Positions 40,910 to 50,540 of a DNA stretch of 64,000 nucleotides are shown here, in pieces; positions within the stretch are counted from its first letter, which is position 1; each line of letters opens with the position of its first letter. The notes under the pieces are model-generated. The model saw only the letters and a list, made by a program, of their open reading frames with translations, was not told the origin of the DNA and ran no database searches. Made by a program: the position numbers and the translations under genes. The stretch is from an uncultured Gemmatimonadales bacterium (GTDB lineage Bacteria; Gemmatimonadota; Gemmatimonadetes; Longimicrobiales; RSA9), in NCBI GenBank assembly GCA_963816355.1, contig CAWFKH010000003.1, positions 864,001 through 928,000 of the forward strand, in the 5' to 3' direction.

Positions 40910-43678
40910 TCACTCGGCGCGAAGCGCGCGGGCGGGATCGACGCGCGAGGCCCGGCGCGCGGGCAGGACGCAGGCGAGGATCGCGGAGGCGAGCAGCGTC
41001 GCCCCGACGAGCAGGTAGACGCGCGGGTCGCGGGGCGACGCGTCGAAGAGCATGTCGCCGAGGCGCGGCGCGGCGGCGAAGGCGAGCAGCAGGCCGAGCG
41101 CGATGCCGCCGCCGGCCAGCGCGATGCCCCGGCGCAGCACGAGCGAGACGATGCGGCCCGGCGTGGCGCCGAGCGCCTGGCGCACGCCCATCTCGCGCGT
41201 GCGCGAGGCCACCATGTAGGCGATCAGGCTGTACAGCCCCACGGCGGCGATGAGCAGCGCGAGCGCGCCGAACAGGCCGACCAGTGTGGCGCCGAGCCGC
41301 CACGGCTGGAGCTGCGGATCGAGCGAGTCGGACAGACGCTCGACGTCGATCCACAGCACGGACGGGTCGACGCCGGCGAGCGAGGAGCGGATCGTGCCGA
41401 TCGCGTCCGCGGCCGGGCCGCGCGGGCGCACGAGCAGCGTGGTGCCGCCCATGCCGCGTTCCTGCCCGAACGGGACGTAGTACTGCATGGCGGGGCGCTC
41501 GCGCAGCTCGAAGCGGTGCGCGTCCTCGACCACGCCGACGACGCGCGCGCACGGCGGCTCCTCCGGCCCGTCACCGGGACCAGTGCGCAGGCAGTGGCGG
41601 AGTGCGGAGCCGTCCGGCCACAGCGTGCGAGCCATCGTCCGGCTCACGATCGCGACCGGCTCGCTGCCGGCGCGGTCGCCCGTCTCGAAGCGGCGCCCCT
41701 CCAGCAGCTTCAGCCCGACCGTGCGGAAGTAGCCGTCCGTGACCGCCTGGATGTAGGGGCCACCGCCGGGCAGGCGCGGGATCGAATCGATTCCGGGGAT
41801 GCGCAGCTTCTGCGAGAAACGCGAGCGGAACGGCGCGCCGATGGTGAGCGCCACGGCTTCCACTCCGGGCAGCGCCCGCGCGCGCTCGAGCGCCGGCGGA
41901 TAGAAGCGCGCGCGCTGCGCCTTGTGCAGCGCGATCGACTCGTCCAGCGACAGACCGTCGGTGTCGAGCCGCGGCCAGTCGGCGGAGACCGCGAGCACGC
42001 GCTCCGGCTCGACGCCCAGGTCGACAGCGCGCGCGTTGCGAAGGCTTCTCACGAACAGCCCCGCGCCCACCAGCAGCAGCACCGAGAACGCGGCCTGTGC
42101 CACGGCGAGCGTCGAGTGCAATCGGGAGCCGCGCTCCCCGCCGTCGCGCGCGTCGCCGCGCAGCGCGTCGCGTAGCGAGCCCCTCCCCACCTGCAAGATC
42201 GGCAGCAACCCGGTCGCCACGCCCACGAGCAGCGTCAGCCCCGCCGCCACCAGCAGCACGCGGGCGTCCAGCGGGGATGCGGTCCACGCCACGTCCGGCA
42301 GCAGTGCCGAGCGCACGAGGCGTCCCGCGAACGGCACCACCGCCAGCGCGGCCGCGCCCCCGAGCAACGCCAGCAGCAGGCTGTGCGCGAGCAGCAGTCG
42401 GAACAGCCTGCCGCGCGGGATGCCCAGCGCCAACCGCACGGCGATCTCGCGCCGCTTCCTTATCGCACGCGCCAGCAGCAGGTTGGCCACGTTGGCGCAC
42501 GCCACCAGCAGCACGATCAGCGACACGCCGACCAGCCAGCGCGCCACCGTGACGCGCAGCGCCTCGCGACCCTCCTCGTCGAACCAGATCGGGTCCGCCG
42601 CTACCCGCATCGACTTGACCACCGCACTGTCCCCCGTGTAGGCGGCGCGAAACGCACGCGTCGCATCCGCCGAGGCTTGCTCGGGCGTGACACCGGGCTT
42701 CAACCGCGCCACGACCTTCAGCCACTGGGCGTCCCACGACGTGGGCCAGTCCTGCGCGACCGTCGCGCTGCGGTACGACATCGGGATCCACGCGTCCACC
42801 CGCTCCAGCTCGACGCCCGTGAACCCCGCCGGCGCCACGCCCTCCACCGTGTAGGCGACGCCGTCGATCGAGACGCGCCGTCCGATCACGTCCGCGTCGC
42901 CGCCGAAACGACGTCGCCACAGACCGTTCCCCAGCACGACGACCGCACGCGCATCGCCCGGCCGATCCTCGACCTCGCCGTAGAAACGGCCCAGCGCCGG
43001 TTTCACGCCCAACGTGGGGAAGAAGTCCCACGTCGCCGCCGCCGTGCGGATCCTGCCCGCCGACTCGCCCCGGCCGATCGTCGCGTCGAGGACGTACGTA
43101 TGCGCCGCCACCCCGGCGAAGGAGCGCGTGCGGTCCCGCACCGCGACGTACGCCACGTAGCCCAGCGTCGCCGCCGTGAACCGCCCCTGCCCCGGCACGT
43201 CCGCCGAGTAGTAGATCCGCGTCACCCGATCCGGCGCCACGACGTGCTCCGGACCGCGCAGCAGCAGACGGTCCAGGATGCCGAACATCGCCGCGTTCGC
43301 GCCCACCCCGAGCGCGATCACCACCACCACTATCGCCGTCAGCCCCGGCTCGCCCGCGAGCGAGCGCGCCGCCTGTCGCACGTCCTGCCACAGACCCTCG
43401 ATCCGCTCCCGCACGCCAAGCCTCCGCTCCCTTTGTAGTGCATGCCGCATCAGCCCGCGCCGCGTCTCCGGCGTGGCTCCGAAACGACGCTCCGCCTCCG
43501 CACGCGCGGCCTGCGGTGAGAAGCCGCGCGCCTCGAGCTGCTCCGCGCGCAGCGCGATGTGCGCCTCGATCTCCTCCGCCGTCTCCCGCTCGATCACGTC
43601 CCACCGCCGCACGCCGAGCTTGAACAGGCGACGGATCCCGGGCCGAATCACCGGCCCCTCCGTGCGCGTCTCACGCAA
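40910..43678 (-). CDS. ADOP-type duplicated MacB/FtsX permease
   Basis: EEIEAHI, LWQDVRQA.RSL, ALGVGANAAMF, LLVACANVANLLLAR, REIAVRLALG, REMGVRQALGA, DPARALRAE; start may be 43651. Confidence 0.92.
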   Translation of the reverse strand: MRETRTEGPVIRPGIRRLFKLGVRRWDVIERETAEEIEAHIALRAEQLEARGFSPQAARAEAERRFGATPETRRGLMRHALQRERRLGVRERIEGLWQDVRQAARSLAGEPGLTAIVVVVIALGVGANAAMFGILDRLLLRGPEHVVAPDRVTRIYYSADVPGQGRFTAATLGYVAYVAVRDRTRSFAGVAAHTYVLDATIGRGESAGRIRTAAATWDFFPTLGVKPALGRFYGEVEDRPGDARAVVVLGNGLWRRRFGGDADVIGRRVSIDGVAYTVEGVAPAGFTGVELERVDAWIPMSYRSATVAQDWPTSWDAQWLKVVARLKPGVTPEQASADATRAFRAAYTGDSAVVKSMRVAADPIWFDEEGREALRVTVARWLVGVSLIVLLVACANVANLLLARAIRKRREIAVRLALGIPRGRLFRLLLAHSLLLALLGGAAALAVVPFAGRLVRSALLPDVAWTASPLDARVLLVAAGLTLLVGVATGLLPILQVGRGSLRDALRGDARDGGERGSRLHSTLAVAQAAFSVLLLVGAGLFVRSLRNARAVDLGVEPERVLAVSADWPRLDTDGLSLDESIALHKAQRARFYPPALERARALPGVEAVALTIGAPFRSRFSQKLRIPGIDSIPRLPGGGPYIQAVTDGYFRTVGLKLLEGRRFETGDRAGSEPVAIVSRTMARTLWPDGSALRHCLRTGPGDGPEEPPCARVVGVVEDAHRFELRERPAMQYYVPFGQERGMGGTTLLVRPRGPAADAIGTIRSSLAGVDPSVLWIDVERLSDSLDPQLQPWRLGATLVGLFGALALLIAAVGLYSLIAYMVASRTREMGVRQALGATPGRIVSLVLRRGIALAGGGIALGLLLAFAAAPRLGDMLFDASPRDPRVYLLVGATLLASAILACVLPARRASRVDPARALRAE

Positions 43679-43685
43679 GCCGCCT

Positions 43686-44021
43686 TCACGCCTTCACCGA
43701 CGCGGTCAGGATCCCCCTCACCAGCTCGCCGTAGCGCACCAGCTTCTCCGTCTCCTCCGCCAGGTGCGCCTTGCCCTTCCGCGTGACCGTGTAGTAGCGC
43801 GCCTTTCGGTTGTTGTCGCTGACCCCCCAATCCGCCTCCACCAGCCCGCGCTCCTCCATGCGGTAGAGCGCCTGGTAGATCGCCGAGTCGTCGAAGCTGA
43901 GCTCGCCGCCCGAGCGCTCCTCGAGCCAGTTCGTGATCTCCAGCCCGTGCATCGGCGTCCACGCCAGCGCCTTCAGCACGAGCAGGTCGAGGGTCCCCTT
44001 GATGAGCGGCAGTGCGGGCAT
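43686..44021 (-). CDS. PadR-family transcriptional regulator
   Basis: KGTLDLLVLKAL, HGLEI, YQALYRME, WGVSDNNRKARYY. Confidence 0.95.
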   Translation of the reverse strand: MPALPLIKGTLDLLVLKALAWTPMHGLEITNWLEERSGGELSFDDSAIYQALYRMEERGLVEADWGVSDNNRKARYYTVTRKGKAHLAEETEKLVRYGELVRGILTASVKA

Positions 44022-44038
44022 GATCGGGCGTCCCCGGG

Positions 44039-44086
44039 TTTAGAGTTTCTATTGAGAGTCTAAATTGTCGAGCGGGAGGAAGTCAA
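44039..44086 (-). promoter_or_regulatory. padR promoter with palindromic operator
   Basis: TTGACT-N18-TAGACT; inverted repeat TTTAGAGTTTC-N4-GAGAGTCTAAA (9/11) over the -10. Confidence 0.65.
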
Positions 44087-44177
44087 TGGGGGTGAGCGCG
44101 AGTCTGCGGTTGAACTGCTGCACGTCTGACGCGGAGCGCGGAGGGCGCGGGGGAAGGATTACTACGTCAAGGCAGCG

Positions 44178-44510
44178 TCACGGGACGACCGTCAACACTC
44201 TCGAGTCCGGCGGCTCAATGACCGGGACATCGGCCGACCGCACGTCGGCCGCATCCAGCGGCGCACGCGTGCCGTTAGGCGTGCCGCCTTCGCCGGCCGG
44301 ACCGAACAGCGAGACGCCTGCTGGCCGCGAGCGCGGGTCGTGGCGGAGCTGGTGACGAATCCCGTCGAAGCCGTGAGAGCGGAACGCGGCGGCCCAGCGA
44401 CGGGGGAGGTCGTACGGCACCATGGTCACGAGCTCCTGCGTGATGCCGTACGCGCCGGCTGCCTTGCGCGTGACCGCGGCGAGACGGGCGCGGGGGGCGC
44501 CAGACGACGG
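44178..44510 (-). pseudogene. 3' fragment of a RES-domain protein
   Basis: YGITQELVTMVPYDLPRRWAAAF...GFDGIR...RHDP...VSLFG; no start and no antitoxin. Confidence 0.65.
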
Positions 44511-44674
44511 GTTAGGATCCCGGGTAGTCCCTGCCGCACGGCCGTGAGGTCTAGCAGCTCCTGGCGCACGGCGGGGACGCTCTGCCGGAGCCACGCGGTC
44601 AGGATGGTGCGGTTCAGCGCCAGCACACTGGAAGGGCGACGCTCTCGGAGATGCTCCCGCGTCGTGAAGCGCGC

Positions 44675-45745
44675 TCAGCGCGGATGCGGATACGGATAGC
44701 GCTCCAGCCACTGAAGGTCGTCGTCGTCCACGCGCACCAGGTAGACGGAGCGCGTGCCGAATGCCACGAGCCGGCGGCTGGGCGGCAGGGTGAGGGTCCG
44801 CCGGCGCTCGCCGTCGGGTCCGAACACGTCGACCGTCACGGCGCGGTCGTTCCAGCGGTGCGAACGGCTCACCCAAACGTCGCCGTTGGGTGCCGCCACG
44901 ATCCCGGTGGGGTCGAATGCCGGCAGTCGATCGGGGTATTCCCACGCACGGCGTCGCGCCTGGGACGCGCTCGATCCGCCGCCGCCTCCGGAGAACGTGC
45001 CCGACGCGCCTCGCCGTCCGGGGCCGTCCCAGTAGGCGTCCATCTCGCCCTGGCCGAGTGGCAGACGGTCGATCGCGACCGGCCGGCCCGCGCGGGCACC
45101 GAACCAGCGCAGCCGGTAGGGTTCGTTCTCCACCAGGGCCACGCGGCCGTCCCACGTGACGGCCCAGCCGTCGCGCGGCAGGAACGGCCGCAGGATGCGC
45201 CGACGGGCGGGATCGCGCACGAGGAGGTCGCCGACGCTGTCGACGCCTGCGGCGCCCACCTGCCAGCGGAGGATCGCGCCGCGCACGGGCGGCGGCACCT
45301 GGGAGACCGTCGTCTCGAAGTAGAGGAAACCGTCCCGGTCGCCGCCCCGGGGGACGGAGACGCCTCGACCCGCGAACAGGGCGTCCGGGAGAGGGACGGT
45401 ACCCGCCGGACGCCCCGCGCGATCGAGCAGCAGCAGCCGGCGGTTGACGACGTCGTAGACGGCGAGCGTGTCGCCGGGGAGCCGCACCGGTCCGAACGGA
45501 CTCCGGTACTCGTTCGGGCCGCTGCCCGCCCGCGCGATCGGGGTCTCGGTACGGGCGGTGAGGTCGACGAGGGCGATCCGTCGTTCGTCCCCGTCCACCA
45601 CCACGATGCGGCCGTCGGGCAGTTCGCTCACACCGCTCACGCGCGTGAATCCTTTCGGCGCGATCGCTTCCGGCCGGCCGAACGGCTGCTGGAGCGGAAC
45701 GGCGGACACGAGGGTAGCGAGCAGCAATGCGGTAGATGCGATCAC
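44675..45745 (-). CDS. Exported beta-propeller (NHL/6-bladed-like) protein
   Basis: Signal peptide, ELPDGRIVVVD, RAGSGPNEY, PGDTLAVYD, GDVWV, DDDDLQWLERY. Confidence 0.75.
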   Translation of the reverse strand: MIASTALLLATLVSAVPLQQPFGRPEAIAPKGFTRVSGVSELPDGRIVVVDGDERRIALVDLTARTETPIARAGSGPNEYRSPFGPVRLPGDTLAVYDVVNRRLLLLDRAGRPAGTVPLPDALFAGRGVSVPRGGDRDGFLYFETTVSQVPPPVRGAILRWQVGAAGVDSVGDLLVRDPARRRILRPFLPRDGWAVTWDGRVALVENEPYRLRWFGARAGRPVAIDRLPLGQGEMDAYWDGPGRRGASGTFSGGGGGSSASQARRRAWEYPDRLPAFDPTGIVAAPNGDVWVSRSHRWNDRAVTVDVFGPDGERRRTLTLPPSRRLVAFGTRSVYLVRVDDDDLQWLERYPYPHPR

Positions 45746-46070
45746 GGCGATCCTGTTTCTTCACGACCGGCTGGCCCCCATTGGCGACGAACGCCCATCC
45801 GCAGTCCGGAGTGAGGTTGAGCGAGAGTCTGTCGGTCCAGCGCGTTCGAGCCGGTTCGGGGATATTGCCGGTGCCTGAAACAAACGCCAACTGGCTTTCG
45901 CCCGTGCTTTCGAGCGTGAAATCACCGGCAGGATGCGGTGTGTGGCATCGACGGGTCAAGGGTGCTGGCGCCGGGCGGGGCCGGGATGGACAGCTCGTCG
46001 CTGTGCTGTGTGGGGGCGGCGGCGCGGCCGGCGCGGACTCCGTGCGGGCCGCCGGGTCTCGCGTCCGCGT

Positions 46071-46436
46071 TCAGGCGCCGGGGGCGGCCACCGTGAGCAG
46101 GAAGGCGCCGCCCTCCTCGGAGCGCACGCTGTGGGGCACGCCGGGGCCCGCCGAGAGGAGCTGGCCCGGTGCCAGTTCGTAGTCGCGACCGCCTGCGGTG
46201 AAGCGGATGCGCCCCCGGATGGGCTGCACCGTTATGGGTCCCTCGGCCTGGTGCTCCGGGATCGCGCCTCCCGGCGCGAGCGCCACGACGGTGACGCGCA
46301 GCGCATCGCTCTTGAGGATCGTGCGGGCGTTGCGGCCGCTGCGCTCGAGCGGTGCCGGGTCGGCGGCGTGGTCGCGCTCCTCGTCGAGGTCGAAGACCAG
46401 CACGTCGCCGGAGAGGGGTCGGTCGATGGATGGCAT
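46071..46436 (-). CDS. Cupin-domain protein
   Basis: IPEHQAEG, GRIRF, GVPHSV, FLLTV. Confidence 0.88.
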   Translation of the reverse strand: MPSIDRPLSGDVLVFDLDEERDHAADPAPLERSGRNARTILKSDALRVTVVALAPGGAIPEHQAEGPITVQPIRGRIRFTAGGRDYELAPGQLLSAGPGVPHSVRSEEGGAFLLTVAAPGA

Positions 46437-47386
46437 CAGGCTGCTCCCCCGGGCACGGTCTTCCAGACGCGGACGCGCCAGGTCTCCGGCCCCTCCTCGA
46501 GGTACTCCCAGCCGAACTCGCCCTCGTGCTCGAACTGGAACTGGTAGCGGAGCGGCTTCGGGTCGTGGTCGTTCACGAGCACAAAGGACTCGCCGGGCGC
46601 CAGCGCCGCGAAGGTCCGGAAGATCGTGGGATGCTTCTCCCGGGGCGGGATCACCCGCACGTCGAGGGTTCGCTGATCGGACATGGGCTCGGTCTCTCGT
46701 TTCTCCCGGGTTGGCGAGTCGGCGGCTCGCTGCGAGAGAGCCCGCCGGATGAAGACGCGCACCAGGTCGGGTTCCTGCTCCCGGACCTCGTGCGTGAAGC
46801 CCCGCTCCTCCAGCAGCGGGAGCAGGAAGCGCGGTACGCGGACGTTGATCTGGACCAGCGTCGCATCGGGTGGCAGCGACTCGAGGGCGGCGAGCGTGCG
46901 GACCATGGGCTCGGGCGGCTCCAGACCGCGCACATCGAGCACGACGACGTCGTCTTCGGCACCTGCGTCCGCGGCCTCGGCCTCCGCGGCGGACGAGGGC
47001 GACGCAGCGGTACTCGCCGCCCCCGCGTCCTCCGGCGCGTAGAACCAGACGCGCCAGTCGTCGGCCGCGAGGCGCTCGGTGTGGTGCGACAGTCCCTGCT
47101 TCGCCAGGACGGCGTAGAGCGGCACGGGCTCGAAGATGGCGCGCAGGCGCAGCGCGCCGCGGGGAGGCACGTCGCGCCGCGCCTCCATGACGCGGCTGAA
47201 CGGCTCGCGGCCGTTGCGCAGGTCCTCGCGCACGTCGAGGTCGATTACGCGGTCGGCCGGCAGCGCGGCAAGCGCGGGCGGCAGCGGCGCATTCGGGGCG
47301 CCGTCGGCCGGCGCCGGGATGGACTCGCCGTCGCGCCGCGCGCCGCCGGCGTTCAGCCGGCTCATCATCTCGTTGCGGATCACCAT
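46436..47386 (-). CDS. Triple DUF2249/TusA-like domain protein
   Basis: Three LDVR-initiated domains: LDVREDLRNGREPF..FEPVPLY, LDVRGLEPPEPM, LDVRVIPPREKHPTIF..NDHDPKPL. Confidence 0.85.
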   Translation of the reverse strand: MVIRNEMMSRLNAGGARRDGESIPAPADGAPNAPLPPALAALPADRVIDLDVREDLRNGREPFSRVMEARRDVPPRGALRLRAIFEPVPLYAVLAKQGLSHHTERLAADDWRVWFYAPEDAGAASTAASPSSAAEAEAADAGAEDDVVVLDVRGLEPPEPMVRTLAALESLPPDATLVQINVRVPRFLLPLLEERGFTHEVREQEPDLVRVFIRRALSQRAADSPTREKRETEPMSDQRTLDVRVIPPREKHPTIFRTFAALAPGESFVLVNDHDPKPLRYQFQFEHEGEFGWEYLEEGPETWRVRVWKTVPGGAA

Positions 47387-47754
47387 GCTCCCTCCTGGAT
47401 CATGCCCGGGTGCCACGCCGGCTCCCAGACGAGGTTCGGCTCGACCTCGCGCACGCCCGGAACGCAGGACAGCGCGTCGCGGATGCCGCGCGTGATGTGC
47501 TCCTCCAAGGGGCAGCCCGGCGTGGTCAGGCTGTAGGTCACCGTGACGGTGCCGCCGTGGATGGCGAAGTCGTAGACCAGCCCGAGCGTGACGATGTCGA
47601 GGCCGATCTCGGGATCGATCACCATGCGCAGCGCGTCGCGCACGAGGGATTCGGACGGTCCGGCGGTCGCGGGCGACGCGGCGGCTCCGGCCGCGGGCGC
47701 GGCGTCGAGCCGGGAGAGGGCCGCGTCGTAACGGTCCGCGCTTTCATCGTTCAT
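47380..47754 (-). CDS. Metal-sulfur cluster assembly factor (DUF59/SufT/PaaD-like)
   Basis: VIDPEIGLDIVTLGLVY, LTTPGCP, LVWEPAW. Confidence 0.92.
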   Translation of the reverse strand: MNDESADRYDAALSRLDAAPAAGAAASPATAGPSESLVRDALRMVIDPEIGLDIVTLGLVYDFAIHGGTVTVTYSLTTPGCPLEEHITRGIRDALSCVPGVREVEPNLVWEPAWHPGMIQEGAW

Positions 47755-49097
47755 GGCTTCGTCCTCGCGAGCTGGAGCATCTGGAACGCCTCCACCGTCA
47801 CGCCGGCGGCGAACGCGATGGCGGCCAGGCGCGCGAATCCAGGCGAGCCGGCCGCCACCGCGCCGGCCAGGCCGACGACGCCGGCGAGCAGCAGCGCGCC
47901 GGCCACGGCGGCCAGCCGCGCCGAATACAGCTCGGCGACGCGCGGCACCGGTCGCTTGCCCGCGAGCGGGCCGAACCGGTGATACCAGACGAGGAACGGC
48001 ACGATCTTGTAGTAGTGCGCCGCGACGAACAGGCTGAGGCCCAGCACCAGCGTCAGCACGTAGGCCGTCGCGACACGCGGCGCCGCCACGCCCGCGAGGA
48101 CCGGCGCCGCCAGCACGAGCGCCACGCCGAGCAGGGCGAGGGCCGCGGCCGCCAGGCGCATCCCGGGATCCAGCGCGGGGCGGTTGCCGTGCGCGTAGAA
48201 GCGCCGCGCCTGGATGAGGAAGCAGACGACGCCCGCGGCGATGAGCGCCCCCGGCAGCCAGCGGCTGAAGGGCGCGGACGCGTGGTGCAGCACGGCGAGT
48301 GTGCCCGCGCCCGAGGCGACGAGCGCCACCGCGGCGCGCGCGAAGCGGTCGCCGACGCCGTGGCTCAGCAGGAACATGGGCAGGAGGCGGTGCGCCACGC
48401 CGATGATCACCAGCAGCACCCAGCCGGCGAGCGCGACGTGGAGGTGCGTCGCCAGCGCGGTCAGCCGGTTCCCGCCCAGGTAGCCCCAGCGCAGATTCCC
48501 GGCGAGCGCCATTCCGAACACCAGCGTCACAAGCAGGAACACGTCGGCGCAGGCGAGGGCCCACCAGGTCACGTCCCTGCGCTTCGCGCGGACCAGCGTG
48601 CGGCCCAGGTTGGCCGCGAACAGGACGATGGCCGTGCCGAACGTCAACGCGCCCGCCAGCATTGCGTCCTTGTGGCCGGACAGCAGCCCCGCAACGAACA
48701 CGAGGAGCCCGGGCACGTAGAGCGCAAACGTCGCGTGGGCCATTCGCCGGGACCGGATCGGCTCGCCCAGCGCCACGGGCAGGAACTGGTACAGCGCACC
48801 CATGATCGAGGTGGTGATCCAGCCCAGCGTGAACAGGTGGGTGACGCCCACCACCCGCGGCGACGGGTAGAAGCCGGAGGCCAGCAGCGGCGCCGCCACC
48901 ACCAGCCCCGCGGCGCCCAGCAGCAGGAACATCAGCGCGGCCGCGAAATGCTCGCCCGGCAGCCGGAAGGGCGGCGCGTTCCTGGCGGCCCGCCCGACGC
49001 CCGGGGCGGTCGGCGCGCCGGCGGGCCGGCGCGGCGGAGCCACCCGCGACGCCGCGCCCGGACCGGGGCCTTCCGCGGCTCGGGATTCCGTCAGCAT
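47751..49097 (-). CDS. Conserved polytopic membrane protein (about 12 TM; NnrS/heme-copper-oxidase-like His motifs)
   Basis: THLFTLGW..GALYQFLPV, HLHVALAGW..GVAHRLLPMF, HYYKIVPF.VW. Confidence 0.7.
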   Translation of the reverse strand: MLTESRAAEGPGPGAASRVAPPRRPAGAPTAPGVGRAARNAPPFRLPGEHFAAALMFLLLGAAGLVVAAPLLASGFYPSPRVVGVTHLFTLGWITTSIMGALYQFLPVALGEPIRSRRMAHATFALYVPGLLVFVAGLLSGHKDAMLAGALTFGTAIVLFAANLGRTLVRAKRRDVTWWALACADVFLLVTLVFGMALAGNLRWGYLGGNRLTALATHLHVALAGWVLLVIIGVAHRLLPMFLLSHGVGDRFARAAVALVASGAGTLAVLHHASAPFSRWLPGALIAAGVVCFLIQARRFYAHGNRPALDPGMRLAAAALALLGVALVLAAPVLAGVAAPRVATAYVLTLVLGLSLFVAAHYYKIVPFLVWYHRFGPLAGKRPVPRVAELYSARLAAVAGALLLAGVVGLAGAVAAGSPGFARLAAIAFAAGVTVEAFQMLQLARTKP

Positions 49098-49750
49098 CCG
49101 CCCTCCGCCTCGTATGAGCAGGATGCATCGCCCGTGGGCATGTAGCGGATGCGCGTGAGACGCTCTCCGACGAGCTCGCGCACGAAGCCGATCTCGGCAC
49201 GGCAGGGGATCGTCGTCTCCTCGATGAGATCGCGGAACGGGCAGTGGCAGAGGCGGAGCCGCGCGTGCCCGCCCCGGTCCTCCACCACCGCCATGAAGCC
49301 CTGTTCCGAGAGGATGCTCGCGGCCTCCTCCAGCCGCTCGCGCCCCTCCAGGTCCTCCACCCGCGCCAGCGCCTCGCCGCGCCGCGCCTCGATGAGCCGG
49401 TCGAAGAAGGAGCGCAGCACCTCCTCGTGCCCCGACTCCCTCAGATGCGACGCCAGCCCGCGCAGCAGCTCGGCCTCCCGCCGGGGAAACAGCTTCTCGG
49501 CCTCGTCGCCCAGCGCGTACACCACCTCCGGGCGACCGGGCCCGCTGCTGCGCGTGCCCTCGCGCCGGACCAGCCCCTGCGACGCCAGGCTCTTCACATG
49601 CCCGCGCACCGTCTCCACGTTCAGCCCGACCCGCTCGGCGAGCACCGGGATCGTCGCGCTGCCCAGCCGCTTCAGCACGGACAGGATCGCGCGCCGGCTC
49701 TCACCGAGCCCCGGCGCCTCCAGCCCGGGACGACGACGACGGCCCGCCAC
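49091..49750 (-). CDS. SufR-like HTH transcriptional regulator with Cys-rich C-terminus
   Basis: RRAIL..LK, ETVRGHVKSL, GPGRPEVVY.L, FPR, HCPF-x-C (C-x12-C) and terminal ASCSY; GTG after GGAGG. Confidence 0.82.
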   Translation of the reverse strand: MAGRRRRPGLEAPGLGESRRAILSVLKRLGSATIPVLAERVGLNVETVRGHVKSLASQGLVRREGTRSSGPGRPEVVYALGDEAEKLFPRREAELLRGLASHLRESGHEEVLRSFFDRLIEARRGEALARVEDLEGRERLEEAASILSEQGFMAVVEDRGGHARLRLCHCPFRDLIEETTIPCRAEIGFVRELVGERLTRIRYMPTGDASCSYEAEGGC

Positions 49751-49752
49751 GC

Positions 49753-50499
49753 CTACGCCTCCGCCGCTCCACCCGTCGAGCCCGCCAGCACCCGCGCGCG
49801 CGGAAACAGCACGTTGTTCTCCAGGTGGACGTGCCGGTGCAGGTCCGCCTCGAACTCCGCCAGCTTGGCGTACAGCGCGCGGTACGTGTTGCACGCGTCC
49901 GCCGGCGCGGCAAAGTCCGCGCTCAGCTCGCGGACCCGGCGCATGATGTCGCCCGCCCGCTCGTGGTCGTCCTCCAGCCCGGCCAGCGGCGCCACCACCG
50001 AGTCGGGCGACGACGACGCTCCGGCCGCGTCGCCCGCCGACACCAGCCGGGCCACCGCCGGGAAGAGCACCCGCTCCTCCTCCTCCAGGTGCTCCGTCAG
50101 CGCCGCGGCCAGTTCCGCCACCAGACGGCGGATCTCCCCCAGCTCCGGATGACGCTCGCCGTGAACCCTCGCCACCTTGTCAGAGAACTGCAGGAGCGCC
50201 GGCAGCGCATCACGCACGTAGTCGTGGTGCACCGCCACGATGTGCTCCGCCAGCACGTCCAGCTCCCAGTCCCGTGGGTCCGGCTCCTCCGCTCCGCTCC
50301 AGCCGTCCGACGCCGCCAGCGCCCGCTCCAGCTCCGCCCAGGCGACGCCGCTCTTCTCGCACGTCGCGCGCACGCCGACACCGCCGCCACAGCAGAAGTC
50401 GATGCCGAACCGCTGGAACACCGCCGCCCGCCGGTAGTCCTCCGCCACCAGCTCGCCGACCGTGCGGCTGCCGAGTCCCTCGTCCGCCACGTGCGCCAT
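49753..50499 (-). CDS. ric: Repair of iron centres di-iron protein (YtfE/ScdA)
   Basis: FGIDFCCGG, HIVAVHHDY, VHGERHPEL, HLEEEERVLFP, DHERAG, ACNTY, HVHLENNVLFP. Confidence 0.96.
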   Translation of the reverse strand: MAHVADEGLGSRTVGELVAEDYRRAAVFQRFGIDFCCGGGVGVRATCEKSGVAWAELERALAASDGWSGAEEPDPRDWELDVLAEHIVAVHHDYVRDALPALLQFSDKVARVHGERHPELGEIRRLVAELAAALTEHLEEEERVLFPAVARLVSAGDAAGASSSPDSVVAPLAGLEDDHERAGDIMRRVRELSADFAAPADACNTYRALYAKLAEFEADLHRHVHLENNVLFPRARVLAGSTGGAAEA

Positions 50500-50540
50500 C
50501 TGCTCCTCCGGGGTCTGCCATGCCGCGTCGTCGCGGCCGT

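Noticed and set aside
27204..46000. Integron cassette array
   Set aside because: No intI, no repeated attC (RYYYAAC...GTTRRRY) sites found, and gene orientations are mixed
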